Below, piece by piece: positions 44,231 through 55,704 of a stretch of 64,000 nt of DNA. Within the stretch, counting starts at the first letter, position 1. The number at the start of each line of letters is the position of its first letter. The stretch is from Eledone cirrhosa. Its lineage: Eukaryota. The position numbers and the translations under genes are program-made. Below the pieces are notes generated by a model. The model did no database searches. It had not been told where the DNA came from and was given only the letters and a program-made list of their open reading frames with translations. Where the stretch lies: assembly GCA_964016885.1 (NCBI GenBank), contig OZ024741.1, forward strand, positions 60,264,001 to 60,328,000, given 5' to 3'.

Positions 44231-44231
<1 letters not shown>
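43387..44231 (-). mobile_element. Non-coding terminally redundant retrozyme-like element (670-bp unit, 175-bp direct repeats) in (TA)n
   Basis: 43387-43561 and 44057-44231 differ at one base by eye; internal hammerhead; TA on both sides. Confidence 0.85.
43676..43753 (-). ncRNA. Type I hammerhead with extended stem II
   Basis: UGUCUC-CUGAUGA-AACCU..GGACAUUC/GGAUGUCC..AGGAA-GAAA-CCAUGG-UA|GAGAUA; palindromic ACCAUGGU. Confidence 0.75.
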
Positions 44232-44277
<46 letters not shown>

Positions 44278-44279
<2 letters not shown>

Positions 44280-45370
44280 ACTCTTTTTCTGAAGTCTGCT
44301 GCGCTTTGGGCCTCACAATAAGCTTGGAAAATACTGTTGTGATGTATCAGCCACCACCGGGAAAAGAGTACACTACACCAAGTCTGTACGTGTACGGAAA
44401 GAGGCTAAAAGTTACTAACAAGTTTGTTTATCTTGGTAGTACACTTGATGAATCAAGAAAGCCAGAGATGCTTTTGGACGGTTGCATAAACGTTTATGGC
44501 CCAGACGAGGTATCACCATTGAAACCAAGGTAAAAGTGTATCTGACTTGTGTCGTCTCCTCTTTGCTTTATGCTTGTGAAACGTGGGTCACATACAAAAA
44601 GCACCTCAAGGAACTGGAGAGATTTCACCAACAATCTCTTCGTAAGTTACTTGGGGTGTGATGGGAAATGTTCGTCAGTGATTTGGAAGTTCTCGAACGG
44701 AACAGCTGCGTGACTATAGAGAGCATGATCTTTCGGCATTGGTTGAAGTGGTGCGGTCACGTTGTCCGGATGTCTGATGATCGTATTCCAAAGCAACTTC
44801 TCTACGGAGAACAGTGTGAATGAAGGCGACCACCACACAAACCAAAAATGAGGTTCCGGGACTGTGTCAGGGGCACCTTGGCTTGTGCTGGAATTTCATC
44901 TGATGAATGGGAGAAGATTGGTGGGGAGCGCGAAAAGTGGAGACGTTTGATCAAGTCAGCTTAGTAAACACTTTCAAAGTCGTCGGAGAGAACACCGTAC
45001 ACTGAAAAGGAAGGTCAGGAAAAGAGACTGTTTTGAACTACCTGCTGTTGAGCAACATCTGGTTTGCCAGCCCTGTGGTCGAGCCTGCCTGATTAAAGCT
45101 GATTTGATTAGACATGAACAAAGTCATATCAGTAGACCCCATTTAGATTATGATCTGAAAAGGTTTAAGGAATGTGCAAGCATGGGAGGTCTTAAAAGAC
45201 ACATGAGAACTCACAAATAGAACCAAACAGTGGAAAGTCCCAGCGAAGCCTACAGTTGCCATGTGTGCCAGTTGGTGCACGTCCTTGGCTGGTTTAAAGA
45301 ACCACATTGGTGCCTCACATTTTTTAACATTTTATCGAGCGATGGCAATGCTCGAACACGAGTTTGCAGC
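44278..45370 (+). mobile_element. RTE LINE 3' portion with three C2H2 finger-like repeats
   Basis: LGLTISLENTVVMYQP..KFVYLGSTL; LLYACETW; WCGHVVRMSDDRIPKQLLYGE; CQPCGRACLIKADLIRHEQSH, KECASMGGLKRHMRTH, CHVC..LAGLKNH. Confidence 0.9.
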
Positions 45371-45699
45371 CATCATATATATACATACATACATATATAT
45401 ATATCTTCTCTGTCTCTAAGCACAGGCATGAACTGTCATACCCACACACATGTTTATAATCGAATAAATACGCATGTCAACTCTATTTCCCTCGCATATC
45501 TCTTCCATTTCACTCGCAACACATATCATATAAATATACCAATTTTTACATAAAAACATTATCAGACTTTTTTTTTGTGGAGAGGAGTCAATCGAAAATT
45601 TTGATCCCAATACTTGTCTGGTATGTTATATTATCGATCCAACCATAAAACCTAAAGGTCATGATGGACAAACTATCTAGAAAGTGTACAAACTAGGAA

Positions 45700-46260
45700 A
45701 GATTAAAGTTCCTTTGATATATACACAAGGTACACTATTGAGTCTATACATAAACAGACTCATTAACTGTTTAATGAACACAACCACAAGGTTATGGTCC
45801 GAACGTGGAAGAGCCGAATTCCCACTGTCATCGCCTCCAACTCTCTCACCCTCCCCTCTCTCCGTATGGTGAGCAAATGAGGTCCCACATGATGACCTCC
45901 ACACAGCCCCGGCGGACAGAATGGAGAAGGCGTTTTCCCGGAGGATGGCAAGGGAGGTGCGTTAGAAGAGCCATTCCAACTCGCGAGGCTCACAACTGCG
46001 GCTGGCCAGCTCAGCGCCTATGGTGGTGAGTAGGAGGTTCGCCCTAGGACCAAGGACACCAGAAGTCTCCACTGCCAAGGGCACGACCGCGAACCCGCCG
46101 GAGAGCGACCGGTACTTGGAAAATTTGGCCTCTTCATCCTGACGTGCAACAGAACCTGGGTTAGTCGCAGACTGCACCAGGTTGCAGCTGGAAAAGGTTT
46201 TGCTGCAAGTGGCATCCCAGACGAGGGGTTTGCCCGAGGAACGGGAAGATGGTCAAGGTC
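45700..46260 (-). mobile_element. CRE-like non-LTR retrotransposon 3' fragment (restriction-like endonuclease)
   Basis: LVWDATC..EEAKFSKYRSL..VPLAVETSGVLG..EPRELEWLF*R..LAILRENA. Confidence 0.8.
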
Positions 46261-46599
46261 ATGATTAGCTCGTGTTTGGCGTTTACATGTTAAAGGTTCC
46301 TCGTTTCTGGAGGCATAAAATGTGGAAAAAGTTACCCCAATATTTTCAAATTACACATAATGATCGATTATTATTATCGTCATTTCCGTTGGGATGACTA
46401 CGTTTTATCTTTAGCGTGTTTCTATTATATGCACTGGCGTATTCACTAAACGATCACTACTAATGGAATGTATAGTAAATATGTATTAAATACTCAAATA
46501 TCTAACTTTACTCCATATACCAACACACAATTGAATTATGACTTCTTGTTTGTTCTTATTTTAATCGTTAGGTGTTTGCTGCAGATGTTTATCAAATAA

Positions 46600-46712
46600 C
46601 TGTTTCTACTTTAGGCACAAGGCCAGCAATTACCCAGTGCATTACTGGTACTTTATTTTATCGACCCCGTAAGGATGAAAGGCAAAGTCAACCTCGGCGG
46701 GATTTGAACTCA
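46600..46712 (-). mobile_element. 5'-truncated SINE; atgtttatcaaataac repeated on both sides (possible TSD)
   Basis: Same family as 4833-5014; direct repeat at 46585-46600 and 46715-46730. Confidence 0.85.
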
Positions 46713-48855
46713 TGATGTTTATCAAATAACAAAGATTTATTTGAATTGAATTTAATAATCAACATTCATAAATATTTAATACATTATTAATATTTACGTT
46801 TAGTATTATGTGGAAAGCTACACTAAAGGGAAATCAGATAATTTACGACATACAGACCATATGGTTGTTAGTAAACAACATTTAGATATTGCCATACAGG
46901 TATTTATTAAAACACTGCAATTTATATATTCGCTAATACTATATCTAAAGTTGGCTTGTTGTTCAGAATATTAAATGATATTATGGTAAACAAGGAATCG
47001 TTTTACGGGGCGATCACTATTTTAACTTTAAAATAGTTGAAAGTAAATCGGGTATATAACTCCTTATGTGGGGAAAATAATCGACCTAATCGATGTTGTG
47101 ATGCTCATATTATATAGCTTCTGGGTAAACAAGTGTATAGATCAGGTATTCTGTCCATTTTCCCCCTCATAAATATATATCCCTGATTTAATTTCAATTA
47201 TTTAACCTTTAGAATTAGGTGTTGACTTCAAACTGCACCGATGTCAACTTAACTTTTTATAATTTCTGGGTCGATAGACAGAGAGAAAATTCTGGGTCCA
47301 TAGTGTAATTGTTAACGAGTCAAACTGGTTGCTTCGTGGTGTGTTCTGTGTTCAAATCCCCGCTCTTTCTGGTAATGGTGAGCGGCAGGTAGTATCATGA
47401 ATAGAAACATTCATGCGGACATTGTTTCCTTGGTTCAATCTGAAGACCGACTTCCTTTATATTTCAGTAGTACATGTGGTCAGATTAAAAATATATTAAG
47501 GTAGAAATAGAAAGAAGTGCTTAATTGAGCTTGTTATGGTCATTCTGTATCATTTTGAGGTAAAAATGCGATTATATTTCTAATCATAAACTTAAATATC
47601 TATTCTTTCTAAAGTCGATATCTGAAATTATAATTGGTTTAGAACTGCACTCTACAAATGAAACGACTTTATTTGGGTATTTTACTGACGTTCACATTTT
47701 CAAGATATTTGTTGCCTAAGCTGTGTAAAAGGCTTGTTAAGTAGATGATAATATCGAGTTATTTTGCAGGATGAATCCGATGTTTTGTTTTGTTTAACCT
47801 ATGGAAACGCCAGTTACTTCAATTCCCATAATAATGGAAATTATCAAAATAGTCTGTGAACTCTGGAGATGAACTTGCAGATGATCGGATTTCGGTGTTT
47901 ACCTGTCAAACTTGTGATCGTTCATATTCTATAAAACTGTGGATCATTCTTCCTTATCAAATTTATATTTCAACCTGTAAGGAATAAATCCATCTTCCAA
48001 TTCACAGACCTCACTTCCATCGAAATAATTCATGTAGACATAGAACAGTTCTACTGGAAAAATTATGAGTGAGTAACAATTGTCTTACATTTATAATGAT
48101 TCAATGAATATTTTCGTTAATAGTGAGGGCCAGTGCCGGATTTAACAGTGCTTATGTGTGTTTAAGCATATGGCCCGGTTGGCCTTTGGGGCACAATTTG
48201 CAGCCAAAAACATTTTTTACGATCAATTTTTCAAACGTTTGGGGCCTCATAACTTAACTAGAAGAGAGCCTCATTTGTCCTAAATCCGGAACTGGTGAGG
48301 CATCTCCTGAATAATCTTTATATTGAAAGCATATGGGTTTTAATTGAAATGTGAAATTCGACAATCGCAACCAACATGGTCCTAAGTATGATCTTTACAA
48401 TGTTATTCAAATATTTTAATAAAGATAGGTTAGGTTTGGTTGTATTCTACTGGTTTCTATATTTTCTTTGTTTCAAACAAACCCACATAGGTACATACAT
48501 ATATAGCTACGCACATATATACATTCGAACACACACACGCACACACACAGACATACACACACACACACACACAAACACACACATATATATATATATATTA
48601 ATATGTTGAACATTACAAACTTGAACATTGAACATTGCAAACTTGACTGTCACCACAGAATATAAACCTGAAGAATGCGAAAGCATGAAAGTACTTGTTC
48701 AATTAACACTTAACATTTAATATTCTACCATACTATTTCATTATAATACCATTATAAATTTTAAAGGATTGTAAATAAAACGAGTAAATCAGACAAAGTT
48801 GGAATTCCTCTTATTAATATAATCTTCTATACACAATCAATCATACACACCCGTG

Positions 48856-48918
<63 letters not shown>

Positions 48919-48920
48919 AT

Positions 48921-48969
<49 letters not shown>

Positions 48970-48972
<3 letters not shown>

Positions 48973-49117
48973 CAAAGAGGGTGTAGTAAGATACCAGATG
49001 GACCATAATGCACCAAAGTACTCAATAGATCGGGTAATAGGAAAAGAGTTAGGACCCCGACAGATCTATCTGTCGAAACGGCCAGATCTCAGCCGTCGGG
49101 GTCCTGACTCTTTTCAA
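48970..49117. mobile_element. Family A-related mini fold-back in (TA)n
   Basis: Tail ccagatggaccataatgcacc; IR gaaaagagttaggaccccgac / gtcggggtcctgactcttttc. Confidence 0.8.
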
Positions 49118-49132
49118 ATATATATATATATA

Positions 49133-50651
49133 TCGTTTCTAAATTTGTTTAGTAAGATTCTTTATCTGAAAACGTGTGTTGAAACCAATATTGTTATACT
49201 TTGGGACAGTCATGTTGCCAATAAGAAACACACGCACCATAGCTTTCACTCCAATTTATTATAAATTAAATTATAAATTAAAAAAATTTATAAATTTCCG
49301 GTTGGTTGGTTGGTCCCACAACCGGATGGTTGTTCATATATTGTCAAAATTCTTTCGTCACACATTCTGGGACCTCATCAGTGACCTGGGATTCTTTTCT
49401 TTGTTTTGTGCCTCTCCTTTGTTCTGTCCTACGCCATCTTGTTTTTGTGTGTGTTGTGTGCCTAGTTTGCGCATGTGTTACATCCGGGTGTCTGTGTGTG
49501 TTTTTATTTGTTTATGTATTTGTTTATTTACATGTTACTAGTTGATTGTTTGTTCTATGTGTGTGTTTTCATTTTGTCCTTAATTGTAAGTTGCGATGTT
49601 GCTATTCCATTCATGTTTTCTATTTAATTTTGGTTGGTGTTCATTTATGTTTATTGCTTCTGTGATTTGTCTAAACATTGCGTCTTTTCTGTGTGTAGAT
49701 TTTATTTTTATTTCTATGTTCTCTAATTTGCCCTTATGTTCTATTTTAGCATGTTGGTGGAGTACTGATGAGTCTTTTCTATCTTGAAGGTTCATTTAAT
49801 CCTTCTCTATGCTACGAGCTGTCTCACCTATGTACATTATATTCTTATCTTTACATTGTCTCTCAATACATTTTATGCTATATACTATGTTTCTAGTTTT
49901 GCAGTTAATATGGGGGCTTAGTTTACAGATTATGTATGTCTTATCTCTACAGTGAGGTCTTTGAAAATTACTAATAAGTGTTTTTATGGAGGTACCTGGT
50001 CTTTCCACTATCTTAATATTTAGTTTAAGTTTATCTAGGGCCCTTCTAAATTTGTAAGGTAGTTCACCTCTAGGGTTTGTATTGATGAACATTACACTCT
50101 GGTATTTATTGTATCATACCATGAGTTTATTCTATTAACCTTATTCCTAGTTCTTTCTATTCTATTCCAAAAGTTGCTCCTATATAAGTGGCAGGTCCCA
50201 TTTGTATCATTGTTTACCATTTTTTCCCATTTGGTTCCTCTATATACTCTGATTTTATCTATCTGATTGTAACCAGAGAACTGCATACGGTGGATGAAGT
50301 GTTGTATGTGTCTCTCTAGTCCTTTGGGGTTGCACATGACGTTCCTCACCACCCGTACTAAATCCGCAATCAGTATGTTGATTTTGGTGTGATCCGAAAC
50401 AGCTGAGTTTCGGTGGATCAGATATTTGGAAGTCATGGTTTGGCATAATTGGAATGGAGGTCACTGATGAGGTCACAGAATGTGTGACGAAATAACTTTG
50501 ACAATATATGAACAACCATCCGGTTGTGGAACCAGCCAGCCAACCGGAACTTTATAAATTTTTTTATATTTATAATTTAATTTATAATAAATTGGAGTGA
50601 AAGCAACTGGTGCGTGTGTTTGTTATTGGCAACATGACCCTCCCAAAGTAT

Positions 50652-50659
<8 letters not shown>
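49133..50659 (-). mobile_element. 5'-truncated Naiad-like PLE (RT thumb plus GIY-YIG) with 200-bp inverted pseudo-LTRs, in (TA)n
   Basis: IHRNSAVSDHTKINIL..MQFSGY; CKTRNIVYSIKC..YIGETARS; HAKIEH..DAMFRQITEAINI..LNRKHEWN. IR 49188-49387 / 50458-50659. Hammerheads GUCA-CUGAUGA-G-GUCACA..UGUGAC-GAAA..UGAC at 49343-49385 (-) and 50460-50502 (+). Confidence 0.9.
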
Positions 50660-50731
<72 letters not shown>

Positions 50732-50908
50732 TATCCAGGATGCTCCAACCGTTAAGGTTGTTTTTTTTCCGGGTATGTCAATATTTATTTATAAAACAAA
50801 TTTGTATTTTATCTAATGAAAGCGCACTATAATTCGCCTTGGTTGCCCTTGAAATATGTATAATAAAATAAATATGGTTTTATAAATATAGTTTCCATTT
50901 CTTAATAT

Positions 50909-50950
<42 letters not shown>

Positions 50951-51738
50951 TATATACATGAATACATTAGATTATACATGCATACAAACGTATATGCTTG
51001 CTACCTAAATGTTAATGTATGTATATATATATATATATACATACTGCATATACATTTATAATACATATATTCACACATGTTTTTATGGTTATTCGATGTT
51101 TCTTTATTTCCACCGAATAACTTTTCAACGTGACGACCGCATTTTTAAACAATTCACCAAATTCTGAAGGAAGTTTAAAACTGGCAGTTACTGCGTGATA
51201 AAACACGTTTCCACTATGCCCAAGAAACTCACCACTGGCACGTTTTACCAATTATATTTTAATTGTTTTTATATGAAATTTAAATACGATAATATGATTA
51301 AATAGATCAATTAAAGCATTAACAATTGATAATAATCGATAATAACAATACTTCTGGAAATATGCATGTGGATAACAAATAATTCGCAAACACGCATGCA
51401 TAAACATAATACACACAATATACATTTGTGTGTGAAGATGTTAAAGACGTTCAATTATCTGACAAAACATATAGAAATAACACGTATTCTGGGTTTATCT
51501 ATTGCACTGAAAGGCTTTTCAATATACAGGCTTCTAAACTAACACATAATAAGGTATATAATTGTATAACAATAAGTCTTTAAATACTCATTGTATGTTG
51601 TATAGTTAGTGTTTTATATAAAGTTTTAAGTTTTCAAATCACTGATTGTTCATACACGACAATCAATTCCTTTATGCAAAACAAAATGCTGTGCCATTAT
51701 TCTTTGACATGCTTAACTTGAATAGGATGTGTGTGTGT

Positions 51739-51852
<114 letters not shown>

Positions 51853-52980
51853 GCGTGTGTGTGTGTGCGCGTGTGTGCGTGTGTGCATATGCTTAGATAG
51901 ATTGATAGATAGAATTATATATTTATATAAACGTAGAAGCATACATGGGCCCCTTATTCAACATGTTTATGTATAGAATACATATATACAAATCTCGCAA
52001 CAAATGTTTTAATATATTATTATATCACATCTATCTCAGTATCTGTTTAAGTGCATTATATACGTGTTTCAAAATGATCATACCTTAGTAATGTGTTTAC
52101 TATTATATACCTAAATATTGAAGTTTCCAAATTTATATAAAGTTTGTTAGTGCTACTCCCAATTCCTGCTAAACACCTACTAAACTCTCAGTGGTGTAAT
52201 ATATGTAAATGAGCCGTAATGAAAATGATCATTTACAAAATAAATGAAACGTTATAATGTTTAACATCTCATACTACTGTAAGAAGAAAAAAATAGCGAA
52301 AGAGAAAAATGTAAGGGAAAGGGAAGGCGGTGAACTATACACCCTAGTGAAGGCCGTATATCCCAGCTGTACTTCACGGATGAAATGATGAACAGATGTC
52401 TGCGGAGTACAGCCAGTGACACCTACTGCATCAGTCCCTCCACCTTTATTTTCGTCGAACGGGAAAGGGGTTATTTCGTCTGGCCGATTATCATCACTAC
52501 GTTCTGCAATGGCTAGCTCAAGTTGAGACAGAAAGCTAACAATGTCTAGGTGTCTTCTGATGACGTCCTTCTAGGCGGCGTGTCAAAAGTACCGACATGC
52601 AGCACTTTGGTGACAAGATAGCGGGTGCAGTCCAAACACGTCGGCCATGGCTTCCCAACGGCATTATGCGGCTCCCATACACAGGGATCGAGAGGCTCTA
52701 AGTATTATTGATGAATGACAATAATCATGAAATACGTACGTCTTGTTCTTATAGAAATACATAGCCTTGATATGATCACAACGAAAATTATTCTTCATGG
52801 TTTCATACACACACCCTCTCTCTACCTCACCGTGTTCCTTGGATTAGAGAATATAATATTAAGCATTGTTTATATTTTAAATCCAACGTTTACTACTTTC
52901 ATGACACTTATCATGATATAAGGTTAGTTGCTGTTAAGTGTACCGGCAACAATAGAAATATTTCATAAAGGAATGTGCAC

Positions 52981-53073
<93 letters not shown>

Positions 53074-53080
53074 TCACTAC

Positions 53081-53136
<56 letters not shown>

Positions 53137-53140
<4 letters not shown>

Positions 53141-53353
53141 TCACTACGTGGCAATGATCGAAGGGAGCGATCGGGGCCACTCGTATTGCGACGATAGAGG
53201 TGAAAGTCTTGGATTGTCGCAAGACGTACTGCAGCGACGGCGTATGGCATGAACGTTTTCCTCGATCAAGTGCGAAAGTCGAAGGTTCGAAGGCGATCAG
53301 ATACCGTCGTAGTTCCGACCGTAATCGATGCCGACTGGCGCTCCGCCGGCGTT
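53137..53353 (+). pseudogene. 18S rRNA gene fragment (~215 bp, central domain) in (TA)n
   Basis: Conserved SSU motifs cgtattgcg..agaggtgaaa.tcttgga..gcaagacg, gatcaag..cgaaagt..aggttcgaaggcgatcagataccgtcgtagtt..accgtaa.cgatgcc. Confidence 0.9.
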
Positions 53354-53368
53354 ATATATGTATATATA

Positions 53369-53580
53369 TGGATCAGGGATTGCCACTCCAGTTACTGTAG
53401 GTTTACTAAAGTGAACACTCGCTGCGTAGTTTCCAGTAGGTATATTTGTGTTGTAGTATGAAGCAGAGTGTAACAGATAGTAATGAAAAGGACTAGGTGT
53501 TAGATCTTCATTACATTTATTGAGGTGTGACGCGCGTTTCGCGATTGATCAGCTCAAGGCTCGATCTGTATCGGTCGGGC
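53369..53580 (-). mobile_element. Family F pseudo-LTR fragment
   Basis: cttcattacatttattg..gtgacgcgcgtttcgc..tgatcagctcaagg.tcgatctgtatcg, as at 28130-28197. Confidence 0.8.
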
Positions 53581-54313
53581 CTAACTCTGGAATCATACAC
53601 GGAACAAAAAGCGCTACCTAAAATTTCAAGTTCTAATCATGTACATCCTCTCAGATTGTGCTCGGTGGTGCAGAGTAGAAGAGCGATCAAATTGTTTACT
53701 AGGTCATCAAGTGCATGGACATGTTTCAACATATCATTAAAAATATACTGTTTTAAACGCTTCGTTATGAAATAATATTCATATAGAATAAAGATGTAAA
53801 ATTGAAATGGCAATGTTAAAGTTCATGTGTTTATTTATGGTATTGTGTGGTGGTATGTAATATAGCGATGTTTATATTTATTTAAGTTTTGGAGTTGAAT
53901 AGTATGGAATTAGTAATGTATTATGGAAGAGTGGAAAAAGAAAGGTGATCATGAAAGTATAGAAATCAATCTCAATATACATATATAGATTCTTTATTAT
54001 TGCTAAGTGGTGACTCGTGTTTATCTAGAGTTTCTCATGTTCAGCCACAGGCGAAATCAGACATGACTAAACAGTCAATGACTGAGAGAGTATAAATAGA
54101 GGGTGAGTGTTTTTGAATGGGATGAGCTTATCGGGAGGGTGGTTATTAGGGTGAGAAGGACAGTAACAGCGAAAGAAGCAAAGAAGGTTTAAAAATAAAT
54201 AAAACAGAAATATATGGGGAAGAGGCTGGCAGCAAGCGGTAGCAGAGGATACGGATAAAATGAGAGAAAGGGAGAAGAGAAGAGAAGAAAAAGAAATATA
54301 TATATATATATAC

Positions 54314-54853
54314 GGAAAAAATGAAACGAAATTTCATTTCTCACTCTTAATACGGCTGTTACCTAAATATAAGTATGTATACGTACATAAATATATGTAT
54401 ATAGACGTACAGTAGTATGTATATATATACATACATTCACACATATATATATATGTACGTATGGGTTTACCGAACATTTATTATAATGCTCGGTTTGTTT
54501 GTAAACAAACGGCCCGAATTAAGCGGTACAGTGTTTAGCAACCATCGTTGCCCTTTTGTTCAACACTGACAAAGGAACGATGTACTAGTTTCAAGCTTAT
54601 TAGCTATCGTCAGCATCGTATACCTTCCTGCCAGATGACTGAACGTCTGATATACTTTCAGACGTTCAATGTACGTATACATACTTATATTTAGGTAACA
54701 GCCGTATTAAGAGTGAGAATGAAATTTCGTTTCATTTTTTCCATTTATCGTTTTTGGTGCGCCAGGCAGACTAACTCACTCGATATGCAAATTAGGCTGT
54801 TCAGCCGTTAATATGCATAAGGAAAGTATATACTTTCAGACGTTCAATCATCC
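54314..54853 (-). mobile_element. Non-coding fold-back retrozyme-like element (~430-nt circular unit)
   Basis: IR 54314-54388 / 54669-54742; hammerhead inside; the distal tail re-enters sequence upstream of the hammerhead. Confidence 0.75.
54577..54619 (-). ncRNA. Minimal type I hammerhead ribozyme
   Basis: ACGAUG-CUGACGA-U AGCU AAUA AGCU U-GAAA-CUAG-UA|CAUCGU. Confidence 0.9.
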
Positions 54854-54960
54854 ATATTTATATGTGTGCATGTATGTATATATATACATATTCCTGTACG
54901 TCTGTGTACATATATGTATGTACGTATACATACTTACATATATACATATATATATATTCT

Positions 54961-55026
<66 letters not shown>

Positions 55027-55704
55027 TTTAGTACAGCATTAACGAAGCTTTAGAACACGGCCAAGCTAACGAATGCAGAATCGGTCTGTAGCTTTAGCAC
55101 TCAGATGGGGAAAAGAACCCCAGAGTCATAACAATACGTTCAGACAGCTTAGCAAAATCAAGCCGCATCACTAGAGCAACGAAAATACAGGACCCAGGAA
55201 AAGATTTTATACTGACCCGGACAGAGCGGTGAGGCTGAATGCAAAATATATAATGTACATCGTATATCACACAATATACATCACATACAGCACCCAACAT
55301 CAGAGCTAAGTTCCTGGAAATCAAAGATTGACAAATTCCGATTGCAGGAGTCTGCAATATAATGGTTTTTGACGACAAAACATAGGATTTCCTTCTTCAG
55401 CAAATCTTTCGTTCTTAGCCTGAGCGGGCATGTTGTAGCTTTAAATTTCGCCGCAGACACGTGGTTTTCTCCAAGGGAGGTAACGCCGGCTTTGGCGGTA
55501 AATTCTAATTTGAGATAAAGGAATGAATCCCTTTAGACAAACCGAATTAAGCACTCAACCAGAAGTTATCAAACAAACATAAACACTTAATCAATCAATA
55601 GAATCATCTAATTAAATTAATCAGTTAATCGTTAATTCTAGGAGATATTCTATATATGTATATATATATATATATATATATAAATATATACTTATATATA
55701 TATA

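Noticed and set aside
49580-50436. Selenocysteine (in-frame TGA) as reported for some Naiad PLEs
   Set aside because: No in-frame TGA at cysteine positions seen; breaks look like frameshifts.
52557-52590. CTGATGA plus hairpin (also 33529, 42717, 43412, 55794)
   Set aside because: No GAAA, stem III or stem I; probably chance.
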